A stretch of 64,000 nucleotides of DNA from Oscillospiraceae bacterium. GTDB taxonomy: Bacteria; Bacillota; Clostridia; Oscillospirales; Ruminococcaceae. This document shows positions 53,105-62,708 of the stretch, one piece after another. The stretch lies in assembly GCA_021769525.1 (NCBI GenBank), contig JAETSQ010000003.1:36151-100150 (forward strand), written 5' to 3'. A model generated the notes under the pieces. That model ran no database searches. It had not been told where the DNA came from and saw nothing but the letters and a program-made list of their open reading frames with translations. Within the stretch, counting starts at the first letter, position 1; each line of letters begins with the position of its first letter. Both the position numbers and the translations under genes were made by a program.

Positions 53105-53608
53105 GTGCGGGTGTTTGGCATCGATCCCGGATATGCCATTGTGGGCTGCGGTGTGGTGGACTGCGCCAAGGGAAAGTACCGGATGGTGGACTATGGGGCC
53201 ATCACCACCCCGGCGGGGATGGAGATGGGCCAGCGCCTTCTCACCATCTATGACCAGCTCACCGTCGCTCTGGAAAAATACCGGCCGGAGGCGGTGGCCA
53301 TCGAGCAGCTCTTCGCCACCCACAACCAAACCACGGTGATGGGTGTGGCCCAGGCGCGGGGCGTGATCCTCCTGTGCTGCCAGCAGCACGGCCTGCCGGT
53401 GTTTGAGTACACCCCCATGCAGGTGAAGATGGCGGTGGTGGGCTACGGGGTGGCGGAGAAAAGGCAGGTGATGGAGATGACCAAAAACCTCCTGAACCTC
53501 CGGGAGATCCCCAAGCCGGACGATGCCGCCGATGCCCTGGCCATCGCCATCTGCCACGGCAATGTGGGGGGCTCGGTCCTCTTCCAAAAAAAACTGAAGC
53601 TGAGGTAA
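53105..53608 (+). CDS. ruvC: Holliday junction resolvase
   Basis: GIDPG, AVAIE, VAQARGV, DDAADALAIA. Confidence 0.95.
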   Translation: MRVFGIDPGYAIVGCGVVDCAKGKYRMVDYGAITTPAGMEMGQRLLTIYDQLTVALEKYRPEAVAIEQLFATHNQTTVMGVAQARGVILLCCQQHGLPVFEYTPMQVKMAVVGYGVAEKRQVMEMTKNLLNLREIPKPDDAADALAIAICHGNVGGSVLFQKKLKLR

Positions 53609-53615
53609 CAAAAAC

Positions 53616-54233
53616 ATGATCTACAGCGTCACCGGAAAACTGATCGCTATGGAACCGGGCTTTGCGGTGGTGGAGGCCGGCGGGGTGGGCTACCGCTGCT
53701 CCACCACCAGCAGCACCCTGGCGAAGCTCCCCGGCCGGGGGAGGGAGGTCACCCTCCTCACCCACCTCTACCTCCGGGAGGATGTGCTGGAGCTCTTCGG
53801 CTTCTATACCGAGGAGGAGCTGCGGTGCTTCCGCCTGCTCATCGGGGTGAGCGGGGTGGGGCCCAAGGTGGCGCTGGCCATCCTCTCTGCCCTCACCCCC
53901 CAGAAGCTGATGCTGGCCATCGCCGCCGGGGACGCCAAGGCGGTGAAGGTCCCCGGCGTGGGGCCCAAGATCAGCCAGCGCATCATCCTGGAGCTGCGGG
54001 ACAAGTTCTCCGCCGAGGACCTGGCCGGGGGCATCTCCGCCGGGGGCGGGAGCGATTTCTCCTTCCTGGCCGGCAGCGATGCTCCCTCCGCCCAGGGGGA
54101 GGCGGTGGCCGCCCTGGTCTCCCTGGGGTACAGCCAGACCGAGGCCGCCTCCGCCATCGCCAAGCTGGATCCGGAGCTGCCGGTGGATGAGCTGATAAAG
54201 GGGGCGCTGAAGCGCCTTTCCAGGGGGGTGTAA
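53616..54233 (+). CDS. ruvA: Holliday junction branch-migration protein
   Basis: GGVGY, LIGVSGVGPKVAL, VPGVGPK, ALVSLGY. Confidence 0.95.
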   Translation: MIYSVTGKLIAMEPGFAVVEAGGVGYRCSTTSSTLAKLPGRGREVTLLTHLYLREDVLELFGFYTEEELRCFRLLIGVSGVGPKVALAILSALTPQKLMLAIAAGDAKAVKVPGVGPKISQRIILELRDKFSAEDLAGGISAGGGSDFSFLAGSDAPSAQGEAVAALVSLGYSQTEAASAIAKLDPELPVDELIKGALKRLSRGV

Positions 54234-54236
54234 AAA

Positions 54237-55289
54237 ATGGGGATGTTCGATAAGGACAGCGATTTTGAAAACCGCATCGTCACCGCCGAATACACAAGGG
54301 ACGACAGCGAGGCGGAAAATTCCCTCCGCCCCAGGACCCTGGAAGAATATGTGGGCCAGGAGAAAGCCAAGGAGCTGCTGCGGGTCTACATCGAGGCCGC
54401 GAGGCTCCGGGGGGAGCCCCTGGACCACGTCCTCCTCTACGGCCCGCCGGGGCTGGGGAAGACCACCCTCTCCGGCATCATCGCCAACGAGATGGGGGTG
54501 AACCTGCGCACCACCTCCGGTCCCGCCATCGAAAAGCCGGGGGACCTGGCCGCCCTTCTCACCAACCTGGAGGAGGGGGACATCCTCTTTATCGACGAGA
54601 TACACCGCCTCAACCGCAGCGTGGAGGAGGTCCTCTACCCCGCCATGGAGGACTACGCCCTGGACATCATCCTGGGCAAGGGGCCCTCCGCCCGCTCCAT
54701 CCGCATCGACCTGCCCAAATTCACCCTGGTGGGGGCTACCACCAGGGCGGGGCAGCTCACCGGCCCCCTCCGGGACCGCTTCGGGGTCATCTTCCGCCTG
54801 GAGCTCTACACCCCGGAGGAGCTGACCCGGATCATCACCCGCAGCGCCGGCATCCTGGGCATCTCCTGCGATCCAACCGGCGCCGGCGAGCTGGCCCGGC
54901 GCAGCCGGGGCACCCCCCGCATCGCCAACCGCTTCCTCAAGCGGGTGCGGGACTTCGCCCAGGTGATGGGGAACGGGGACATCACGGCGGAGCTGGCCGC
55001 CGCCGCCCTGGACCGTCTGGAGGTGGACTATCTGGGCCTGGACGCCATCGACCGGCGTATCCTGTCCACCATCATCCAGTCCTACGCCGGGGGCCCGGTG
55101 GGTCTGGACACCCTGGCTGCCGCGGTGGGGGAGGAATCGGTGACCATCGAGGACGTCTACGAGCCCTACCTGATGCAGGAGGGATTCCTCTCCCGCACCG
55201 CCCGCGGCCGCTGCGTCACCCAGAAGGCCTACCGGCACCTGGGGCTGCCCATGCCCGGCGGAGGCGGTCCTTTGCAGATGAGCCTGTGA
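54237..55289 (+). CDS. ruvB: Holliday junction branch-migration helicase
   Basis: [46 protein letters not shown]. Confidence 0.97.
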   Translation: MGMFDKDSDFENRIVTAEYTRDDSEAENSLRPRTLEEYVGQEKAKELLRVYIEAARLRGEPLDHVLLYGPPGLGKTTLSGIIANEMGVNLRTTSGPAIEKPGDLAALLTNLEEGDILFIDEIHRLNRSVEEVLYPAMEDYALDIILGKGPSARSIRIDLPKFTLVGATTRAGQLTGPLRDRFGVIFRLELYTPEELTRIITRSAGILGISCDPTGAGELARRSRGTPRIANRFLKRVRDFAQVMGNGDITAELAAAALDRLEVDYLGLDAIDRRILSTIIQSYAGGPVGLDTLAAAVGEESVTIEDVYEPYLMQEGFLSRTARGRCVTQKAYRHLGLPMPGGGGPLQMSL

Positions 55290-55293
55290 CAGG

Positions 55294-55386
55294 GCAGGGG
55301 CTCCGCCCCCTGCACCCCCGCTTCTTTTTCTTCTCACGGGAGAAGAAAAAGAAGCAAAAAGAAGCAAAAAGAAGAGCGGCCAAAGG
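55294..55386 (+). repeat. Bipartite hairpin repeat, copy 4
   Basis: gcagggg...cccctgc, then cttctttttcttctc-acgg-gagaagaaaaagaag, then caaaaagaag duplicated. Confidence 0.8.
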
Positions 55387-55581
55387 AATTTATAGATCGG
55401 TACAAGGCGAAAGGCGCTTGGGGAAATGGGACGGCGGCCCGCCCCATATCCTCGCCACCCTGCCCAGCGGCGAAATCCTGTTTTTAGCGCATTGACAGCC
55501 TGGTTTTTAGCAAAAACTTCGGTTCTACCATAAACTACGAAGGAAGCAAAACGGCAGCGACAAGAAAGAGAGGCTTTACTT

Positions 55582-56943
55582 ATGGGAAGATTATTTGGCA
55601 CCGACGGCATCCGGGGCATCGCCAACCGGGACCTGTCCATTCAGCGCAGCGCCCAGGTGGGCCAGGCCCTGGCCACCGTCCTGCGGGAGCGTCTGGGGGG
55701 AGGGAAGAAGCCCAGGGTCTTTATCGGCAAGGATACCCGCCTCTCCTCGGATATGATCGAGGCCGCCCTGGCGGCGGGGCTCTGCGCCGGGGGGGCGGAC
55801 TGCGTTTCCCTGGGGGTGGTGCCCACCCCGGCGGTGGCCTGCCTCACCGTCGCCCACCGGATGGACGCCGGGGTGATGATCTCCGCCAGCCACAACCCCT
55901 TCCACTTCAACGGCATCAAGATTTTCGGGCCCAGGGGGTATAAGCTCACCGATGAGGAGGAGGCGGAGATCGAGGACATGATCCTGGATGACGCCATCCC
56001 CATGCACAAGGCGGAGGCCGCCGACATCGGCCGGTACAGCCACCGGGAGGACCTGGCCGGGGAGTATATCCGGCACATCGCCGCCACCCTGCCGGGGGAA
56101 AAGCCCCTTGCCGGGATGAAGGTGCTGGTGGACTGCGCCAACGGCAGCGCCAGCCGCACCGCCGGGGAGCTCTTTGACCTGCTGGGAGCGGATGCCGAGA
56201 TCCTCTGCCGGGAGCCGGACGGGGTGAATGTCAACCGGGACTGCGGCTCCACCCACATCGAGGCCCTGCGGGAGCGGGTGAAGGCCGGGGACTACGCCCT
56301 GGGGGTGGCCTTCGACGGGGACGCCGACCGGTGCCTGGCGGTGGATGAGAAGGGGAACCTGGTGGACGGCGACCAGATGATCGCCATCTTCGCCACCGAG
56401 ATGAAGCGCAAAGGGACCCTCCGCCGCGATACCGCCGTGGTCACCGTCATGAGCAACTACGGCTTTATGAACTTCGCGAGAGAGAGCGGCATCACCGTCA
56501 GGACCACCAAGGTGGGGGATCGGTACGTGCTGGAGACCATGCTGGCGGAGGGGTACAACATCGGCGGCGAGCAGTCGGGGCACATCATCTTCACCGACCA
56601 CATGACCACCGGGGACGGGCAGCTTTCCGCGGTGCAGCTTATGGCGGCCATGAAGGAGACCGGTAAGCCCCTGTCCGAGCTCACCAAGGTCATCACCATC
56701 CTGCCCCAGGTGCTGGTGAATATGGAGGCCACCGTGGATATGAAAGCGGGCCTTGCCGAAAGCCTGGAGATCTCCGCCGCCGTCCGGGCCTGCGAGGAGG
56801 AGCTGGCGGGGGAGGGCCGGGTGCTCATCCGCCCCTCCGGCACCGAGCCCCTCATCCGGGTGATGGTGGAGGGCCCCGACCAGGGGCAGATCGAGGACAT
56901 TGCGAACCGCATCGTAAAGGCCATCCGGGAGACCCTCAGCTGA
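55582..56943 (+). CDS. glmM: Phosphoglucosamine mutase
   Basis: FGTDGIRG, ISASHNP, FDGDADR, GGEQSGH, RPSGTEPLIRVMVE. Confidence 0.95.
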   Translation: MGRLFGTDGIRGIANRDLSIQRSAQVGQALATVLRERLGGGKKPRVFIGKDTRLSSDMIEAALAAGLCAGGADCVSLGVVPTPAVACLTVAHRMDAGVMISASHNPFHFNGIKIFGPRGYKLTDEEEAEIEDMILDDAIPMHKAEAADIGRYSHREDLAGEYIRHIAATLPGEKPLAGMKVLVDCANGSASRTAGELFDLLGADAEILCREPDGVNVNRDCGSTHIEALRERVKAGDYALGVAFDGDADRCLAVDEKGNLVDGDQMIAIFATEMKRKGTLRRDTAVVTVMSNYGFMNFARESGITVRTTKVGDRYVLETMLAEGYNIGGEQSGHIIFTDHMTTGDGQLSAVQLMAAMKETGKPLSELTKVITILPQVLVNMEATVDMKAGLAESLEISAAVRACEEELAGEGRVLIRPSGTEPLIRVMVEGPDQGQIEDIANRIVKAIRETLS

Positions 56944-57815
56944 TGCGCACGGCGGCGGGCTGGCGGGATTTTGCCGTCCTGGATGCCGGCAGCGGGGAGA
57001 AGCTGGAGCGGTGGGGGGATGTCACCCTCATCCGCCCCGACCCCCAGGTGATCTGGAACACCCCCAGGGGCCCGGCCTGGGGGCAGGCGGACGCCTGCTA
57101 CCACCGGTCCGAGAAGGGGGGCGGAAGCTGGGAGTTCCGGCGGCCCATCCGGGAGTTCTGGACCATCGGCTATGGGGAGGGGCTGCGCTTTAAGATCAGC
57201 CCCACCGGCTTTAAGCACACCGGGCTCTTCCCGGAGCAGGCGGTGAACTGGGAGCTCTTCGGGGAGATGATCCGGGGGGCGGGGAGGCCGGTGCGGGTGC
57301 TGAACCTCTTCGCCTACACCGGCGGGGCCACCCTGGCCTGCGCCGCGGCGGGGGCTTCGGTCTGCCACGTGGACGCCAGCAAGGGGATGGTGGCCTGGGC
57401 CAGGGAGAACCAGGCCCTTTCCGGCCTTTCGGACAAGCCCATCCGCTGGATCGTGGATGACTGCCGGAAGTTCGTGGAGCGGGAGATACGCCGAAACAGC
57501 CGGTACGATGCGGTCATCATGGACCCGCCCTCCTACGGCCGGGGGCCGGGGGGCGAAATATGGAAGCTGGAGGACAGCGTCTATGACCTGGTGTCCCTCT
57601 GCGCCGGGGTGCTCACCGAAGAGCCGCTGTTCTTCGCCGTCAATTCCTACACCACCGGCCTTTCCCCCTCGGTGATGGAGTACATCCTGGGGGTGACGGT
57701 GGGAAGGAAATACCCCGGCGGGCGGCTTTCCGCCGACGAGATCGGCCTGCCGGTGGAGGAGACCGGGTTCACGCTCCCCTGCGGGGCGACGGCGCTGTGG
57801 AGCCGGAACGGATAG
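56943..57815 (+). CDS. Class I SAM-dependent methyltransferase (RlmI/YwbD-related)
   Basis: GLFPEQAVNW, VLNLFAYTGGAT, IMDPPSYGRG. Confidence 0.88.
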   Translation: MRTAAGWRDFAVLDAGSGEKLERWGDVTLIRPDPQVIWNTPRGPAWGQADACYHRSEKGGGSWEFRRPIREFWTIGYGEGLRFKISPTGFKHTGLFPEQAVNWELFGEMIRGAGRPVRVLNLFAYTGGATLACAAAGASVCHVDASKGMVAWARENQALSGLSDKPIRWIVDDCRKFVEREIRRNSRYDAVIMDPPSYGRGPGGEIWKLEDSVYDLVSLCAGVLTEEPLFFAVNSYTTGLSPSVMEYILGVTVGRKYPGGRLSADEIGLPVEETGFTLPCGATALWSRNG

Positions 57816-57830
57816 AAAGGGGATGACCTT

Positions 57831-58487
57831 ATGGCTCTGTCCTGGACCTTTATAGGGAGTGCGGGAGCTTTGCTCCTCTGCTGTGGCATCATGATCCCGG
57901 TATGGTTTTTTACCCGCAGGCTTTCCGACGAGGAGGATTGGCGGTACGCCCCGGCAGGCCCGGAGGCCAGGGGCCGGAAAATGTCCCAGCGGACCAGGAT
58001 CCGGCTGCTGGTGGCTCTGCCGGTGTTCATCACCGCAGCCATATGGGTTTTTACAGGCGTGATGGCAGATTCGATCCTGCGCAGTGCCCCTTCCCTCGCG
58101 TATAACAGCAAGGTGGACTTTGAGGATGACCAGTGGGCGGCAGGATGCAGCAGCTACAAGAGTGTCAACAGCTACCGGTTCCGTTCCGGTTCTACCCTGG
58201 AGCTGCGTTACGGCAGCTTTACCGGGGCAAAGACCCTGTGGCGCCTCTACGCCGGCGAAGAGGAGGAGCGGGAAGTCATCCTCCGGTATCAGGCGGAGGT
58301 GGAGAAAGGACAGGCCGACCTGGTGCTGGTCCATCCGGATGGGACCGTCACCCGTCTTTCGGAGCAAAGCTCCCCCTATACCTTTACCGCCGGGGCGGGG
58401 GAGACCCGTCTCCGGCTCATCGGGAACAAGGGAAAGCTGGCGCTGGAGCTGACCGTCCAGGATCAGAATGGCCGGTGGGTGGACTGA
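57831..58487 (+). CDS. Hypothetical membrane protein (2 TM + beta-rich domain)
   Basis: Two hydrophobic segments; SD aaagggg. Confidence 0.65.
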   Translation: MALSWTFIGSAGALLLCCGIMIPVWFFTRRLSDEEDWRYAPAGPEARGRKMSQRTRIRLLVALPVFITAAIWVFTGVMADSILRSAPSLAYNSKVDFEDDQWAAGCSSYKSVNSYRFRSGSTLELRYGSFTGAKTLWRLYAGEEEEREVILRYQAEVEKGQADLVLVHPDGTVTRLSEQSSPYTFTAGAGETRLRLIGNKGKLALELTVQDQNGRWVD

Positions 58488-58630
58488 ACAGGCCGTGCCG
58501 TCCGCCTTCCCCGAAAGCGGCCCGCCCGTGCCTCCGGCCGCCGGCATATCGATCATGAAGAAATCCCCTGCCGATCGGTGCACTCCGGCGGCCGGCGCAA
58601 CTTCTGACCTTTTTTAGGAGGAACAAAACA

Positions 58631-59485
58631 ATGGATACGATCATGGAAGCCACCAAGGTCTCCTTCTCCTACGACGAGGCCCCGGAGGCCCCGCTGGTTC
58701 TGGATGACATCAGCCTGACCGTCCGCCAGGGGGAGTTTTTGGCGGTGCTGGGGCACAACGGCAGCGGCAAATCCACCCTGGCCAAGCACTTCAACGCCAT
58801 CCTGCTGCCCCAAAAGGGGCGGGTGGTGGTGGGGGGGATGGACACCGCCGACGAGGAAAAGCTCTACGACATCCGCCAGACGGTGGGGATGGTCTTCCAG
58901 AACCCGGATAACCAGATCGTTGCCACCATTGTGGAGGAGGACGTGGCCTTCGCCCTGGAGAACATGGGGGTGCCCCCGGCGGAGATACGCCGGCGGGTGG
59001 ATGACGCCTTAAGATCGGTGGGGATGTACGAGTACCGGGAGCACGCCCCCCACCAGCTTTCCGGCGGGCAGAAGCAGCGCATCGCCATCGCCGGCATCAT
59101 CGCCATGCGCCCCCGGTGCATCGTCCTGGACGAGCCCACCGCCATGCTGGATCCCCGCGGCCGGGCGGAGGTGATGAAGACCCTCCGGGAGCTGAACCGG
59201 GAGCACGGCATCACCATCGCCCTCATCACCCACTATATGGACGAGGCCGCCCAGTGCGACCGTGTGGTGGTGGTGGACCGGGGGAAGCTCCTGATGGACG
59301 GCCTTCCGCGGGAGGTCTTCTCCCGCGTGGAGGAGCTGAAGGCGGTGGGGCTGGACGTGCCCCAGGTCACCGAGCTGATGCACAGCCTGCGCCGGGCGGG
59401 GCTCCCCGTCCGGGAGGACATCATCACCGAGGAGGAGTGCGCCGAAGAGCTCTGCCGCCTCCTGGGAAAAGGAGGAACGGCCTGA
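58631..59485 (+). CDS. ecfA1: ECF transporter ATPase A
   Basis: [41 protein letters not shown]. Confidence 0.95.
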   Translation: MDTIMEATKVSFSYDEAPEAPLVLDDISLTVRQGEFLAVLGHNGSGKSTLAKHFNAILLPQKGRVVVGGMDTADEEKLYDIRQTVGMVFQNPDNQIVATIVEEDVAFALENMGVPPAEIRRRVDDALRSVGMYEYREHAPHQLSGGQKQRIAIAGIIAMRPRCIVLDEPTAMLDPRGRAEVMKTLRELNREHGITIALITHYMDEAAQCDRVVVVDRGKLLMDGLPREVFSRVEELKAVGLDVPQVTELMHSLRRAGLPVREDIITEEECAEELCRLLGKGGTA

Positions 59486-59949
59486 TGCAGACGGTATTTC
59501 TGGCGGTCTACTTTGTGGGCATTGCCGCCCTTAGCACCTTCACCCTCTACAAATTCGCCCAGGACTGGCTCTGGACCTCCCCCATCATCGCCACCCTGGC
59601 GGGCACGGCGATGATGACCGTCTACCTGGGGGGGATGCCCAGCCCGGCGGACGAGCGGTGGATGACCCTCTGGGCGGTTTTTATGCCCTTCCAGCAGCTC
59701 ATCGCCATCTCCATCTGCCTGGGGACACTGTCGGGGCTGCGCTGGGGCGGCTCCCTGGGCCTCGCCGTAGGCGGCAGCGGGGTGGTGCTGGGGCTGATGA
59801 TCGTGGCGGTCACCGATATGGCCTTCCTCCTCTACCCCATCTGCCTGATGCTCTACGGGGCGGTGCTGATTCTCAGCTTTACCGGCAAGGACAAAAAGGA
59901 CTGGGACGAACTTTGCCAGGGGAACGAGCCGGAGAAATGTAATCTATAA
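59485..59949 (+). CDS. Unknown polytopic membrane protein (154 aa, about 5 TM)
   Basis: ATG overlaps the ecfA1 stop (TGATG); SD aggagg; hydrophobic throughout. Confidence 0.75.
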   Translation: MQTVFLAVYFVGIAALSTFTLYKFAQDWLWTSPIIATLAGTAMMTVYLGGMPSPADERWMTLWAVFMPFQQLIAISICLGTLSGLRWGGSLGLAVGGSGVVLGLMIVAVTDMAFLLYPICLMLYGAVLILSFTGKDKKDWDELCQGNEPEKCNL

Positions 59950-60042
59950 ATTATACGATCCGTATTTATCTTAACGTCATCCCGAAGCGGCGGCCAGCCG
60001 ATTCACAGGGCGGCCGACCAAACCCCATCAGGAGGTCAAGCT

Positions 60043-60909
60043 ATGACAGCCATCAGAACGGAACATCTCACCCACACCTACTCGCCGAACACCCCCTTCC
60101 AAAAGGTGGCGGTGGAGGACGTCTCCATCGCCATCGAGGAGGGGGAATATGTGGGGGTCATCGGACACACCGGCAGCGGCAAGTCCACCCTCATCCAGCA
60201 CCTGAACGGCCTGCTGGCCCCCACCTCCGGCAAGGTGTTCATCGGGGAGGAGGACCTGTGGGCGGATAAGGCGAAGCTCCGGTCCTTCCGCTTTGCGGTG
60301 GGGCTGGTGTTCCAGTACCCGGAGTACCAGCTCTTTGGGGAGACAGTGTACAGCGACATCGCCTTCGGCCCCACCAATATGGGCCTCACCCCCGATGAAG
60401 TGGACAGCCGGGTGCGCCAGGCGGCCCGGTTCGTGGGCCTCACCGAGGAAAAGCTGCAAAAGAGCCCCTTTGAGCTCTCCGGCGGCCAGAAGCGCCGGGT
60501 GGCCATCGCCGGGGTGCTGGCCATGGACCCCAGGGTGCTCATCCTGGACGAGCCCACCGCCGGCCTGGACCCCAAGGGCCGGGACAAGATCCTGGGGGAG
60601 ATCCGGGAGTACCACCAGGAGAAGAAGAACACCATCCTCTTGGTGAGCCACAGCATGGAGGACATCGCCAAAAACGCCACTATGGCCCTGGTGATGAACC
60701 AGGCAAGGCTCTTCTGCTACGACCGGGTGGAGGAGGTCTTCGGGCGGGGGGAGGAGCTCTCCCGGATGGGCCTCGCTGTTCCCCAGGTCTCGCGGGTCTT
60801 TCTCTCCCTGGCAAAGCGGGGCATCCCCATCGACCCCAGGGTTTATACAGTTGAGGCTGCCAGGGACGAAATTATACGCTGTGTAAAAGAAGGGAGGCAG
60901 GGGAAATGA
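60043..60909 (+). CDS. ecfA2: ECF transporter ATPase A'
   Basis: YSPNTPF, GHTGSGKST, FQYPEYQLF, SPFELSGGQKRRVAIAG. Confidence 0.95.
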   Translation: MTAIRTEHLTHTYSPNTPFQKVAVEDVSIAIEEGEYVGVIGHTGSGKSTLIQHLNGLLAPTSGKVFIGEEDLWADKAKLRSFRFAVGLVFQYPEYQLFGETVYSDIAFGPTNMGLTPDEVDSRVRQAARFVGLTEEKLQKSPFELSGGQKRRVAIAGVLAMDPRVLILDEPTAGLDPKGRDKILGEIREYHQEKKNTILLVSHSMEDIAKNATMALVMNQARLFCYDRVEEVFGRGEELSRMGLAVPQVSRVFLSLAKRGIPIDPRVYTVEAARDEIIRCVKEGRQGK

Positions 60910-61709
60910 TCAAGGACATCACCATCGGACAGTATTTTCCCGGCCGGTCCCCGGTCCACCGCCTGGACCCCCGTGTGAAGATCCTCCTGGCCCTGGGGTA
61001 TATCGTCCTGCTTTTCATCGCCCAGAACGCCTGGGGCCTAGCCCTGGGGGTAGTGCTGGGCTTCGGGGCCTATGTCATCAGCCAGATCCCCCTGGTGATG
61101 ATCTTAAAGAGCCTGAAGCCGGTGGTGCCCATCATCATCTTCACCGCGGTGCTGAACATGCTCTTTGTGGACGGGGAGGCGCTGTGGCAGTGGTGGATCA
61201 TCAAGATCACCAGGGAGGGGATACACACCGCCGTCTTTATGGCGGTGCGGATCATCTGCCTCATCGCCGGGACCTCTCTCCTCACCTACACCACCTCCCC
61301 CATCGCCCTCACTGACGGCATCGAGCGGCTGATGAACCCCCTCAAGCGATTCCATTTTCCGGTCCACGAGCTGGCTATGATGATGACCATCGCCCTGCGG
61401 TTCATCCCCACCCTCATTGAGGAGACGGACAAGATCATGTCCGCCCAGAAGGCCCGCGGGGCGGACCTGGAGACCGGCGGCCTGATGCAGCGGGCCAGGG
61501 CCCTCATCCCCATCCTTATCCCCCTCTTTGTCTCCTCCTTCCGCCGGGCGGATGAGCTGGCCCTGGCGATGGAGTGCCGCTGCTACCGGGGCGGGGAGGG
61601 CCGCACCCGTATGAAGCAGCTGCACATGGGGCCGGGGGACTTTGCGGCCTGCGGCATCATCCTGGCCTGCATCGCCGGGGTCGTCGCCCTGAACCTTCTG
61701 CTGCCATGA
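60906..61709 (+). CDS. ecfT: ECF transporter transmembrane component T
   Basis: LDPRVK, IALRFIPTL, AQKARG, AMECRCY. Confidence 0.95.
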   Translation: MIKDITIGQYFPGRSPVHRLDPRVKILLALGYIVLLFIAQNAWGLALGVVLGFGAYVISQIPLVMILKSLKPVVPIIIFTAVLNMLFVDGEALWQWWIIKITREGIHTAVFMAVRIICLIAGTSLLTYTTSPIALTDGIERLMNPLKRFHFPVHELAMMMTIALRFIPTLIEETDKIMSAQKARGADLETGGLMQRARALIPILIPLFVSSFRRADELALAMECRCYRGGEGRTRMKQLHMGPGDFAACGIILACIAGVVALNLLLP

Positions 61710-62470
61710 GGAACATCCGCATGACCCTGGCCTACCGGGGCACCGCCTACCACGGCTGGCAGGTGCAGCAGAACGCCCGCAGCGTCTGCACCGTCTTCCA
61801 GGACGCCATGGAGGGGGTACTGGGGCGGCGGTACGATGTAAAGGGCTGCTCCCGCACCGATGCGGGGGTCCACGCCAACCGCTTCGTCCTTGCAGTCCGC
61901 TGCCCGGAGGATGTGCCCCCCGCCATCCCCTGCGGTGCCCTCCAGAAGGCGCTGAACGACCGCCTGCCCAGAGACATCGCTGTGCTGGACTGCGCCGACG
62001 CCCCGGAGGGCTTCCATCCCCGGTACGACTGTGTGGGGAAGCGGTATCTCTATAAAATTTGGAACAGCCCGGTGAAGAACCCCTTTTTGGAGGATCTGGC
62101 CTGGCAATATCGTTACCCAATTGACGGGGAGCTGGCGGATGAGGCGGCCCGGCGGTTTACGGGGCGCCACGACTTCACCTCCCTCTGTGCCGCCGGCGGG
62201 AGCGTGGAGGACAAGGTCCGCACCGTCTTCCGGTGCAGCGTCCGGCGGGAGGGGGAGCTGGTGACCCTCTCGGTGACCGGGGACGGCTTCCTCTACAACA
62301 TGGTGCGCATCCTTACCGGGACGGTGCTGGAGGTGTGCAGCGGAAAGCTCCGCCCGGAGGACATCCCGGCCCTCCTGGAGGCACGGGACCGCCGCAGGGC
62401 GGGCCCCACGCTGCCCCCCCAGGGCCTCTACCTGGACCAGGTTTTTTATCCCGGCGACGAAATTCTTTAA
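61706..62470 (+). CDS. truA: tRNA pseudouridine(38-40) synthase
   Basis: GTAYHGWQ, GCSRTDAGVHA, GDGFLYNMVRI, AGPTLPPQGLYL. Its TAA stop is the MITE TSD. Confidence 0.95.
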   Translation: MRNIRMTLAYRGTAYHGWQVQQNARSVCTVFQDAMEGVLGRRYDVKGCSRTDAGVHANRFVLAVRCPEDVPPAIPCGALQKALNDRLPRDIAVLDCADAPEGFHPRYDCVGKRYLYKIWNSPVKNPFLEDLAWQYRYPIDGELADEAARRFTGRHDFTSLCAAGGSVEDKVRTVFRCSVRREGELVTLSVTGDGFLYNMVRILTGTVLEVCSGKLRPEDIPALLEARDRRRAGPTLPPQGLYLDQVFYPGDEIL

Positions 62471-62632
62471 GAAGCCGTACCAATAGCCGCCGCACCCGTC
62501 TTGGCGGCAAATTTCCCGTCTGACTCTATCCCAAAAACTTGAAAGCCATAAAGGCTTCCTGCGTTTTTGGGACTTCATCAGCCCGAAAAATTTTCTCGCC
62601 AATTCGTGCACTTCGGCTAATGGTACAACTTC
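62471..62632. mobile_element. MITE, subfamily A copy 2 (162 bp)
   Basis: Same TIRs as 13264-13482; TAA at 62468-62470 and 62633-62635. Confidence 0.85.
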
Positions 62633-62708
62633 TAAAATTCGACATCTATTATTGTTATTATATATCTGTAATCTGCATCACAAAACGGCGGAAAGGGGGG
62701 CGGGCGGA

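Noticed and set aside
3384-55386. Possible CRISPR array from the recurring cttctttttc/gaaaaagaag repeats
   Set aside because: The copies are tens of kb apart, with no regular repeat-spacer pattern and no cas genes.
55387-55581. glmS ribozyme or other riboswitch upstream of glmM
   Set aside because: No recognisable conserved core, and the downstream gene is glmM, not glmS.
58535-58596. 11-bp GC stem (ccggccgccgg/ccggcggccgg) before ecfA1 as a vitamin riboswitch
   Set aside because: No TPP/FMN/cobalamin/other consensus visible; such a stem can arise by chance at this GC content.
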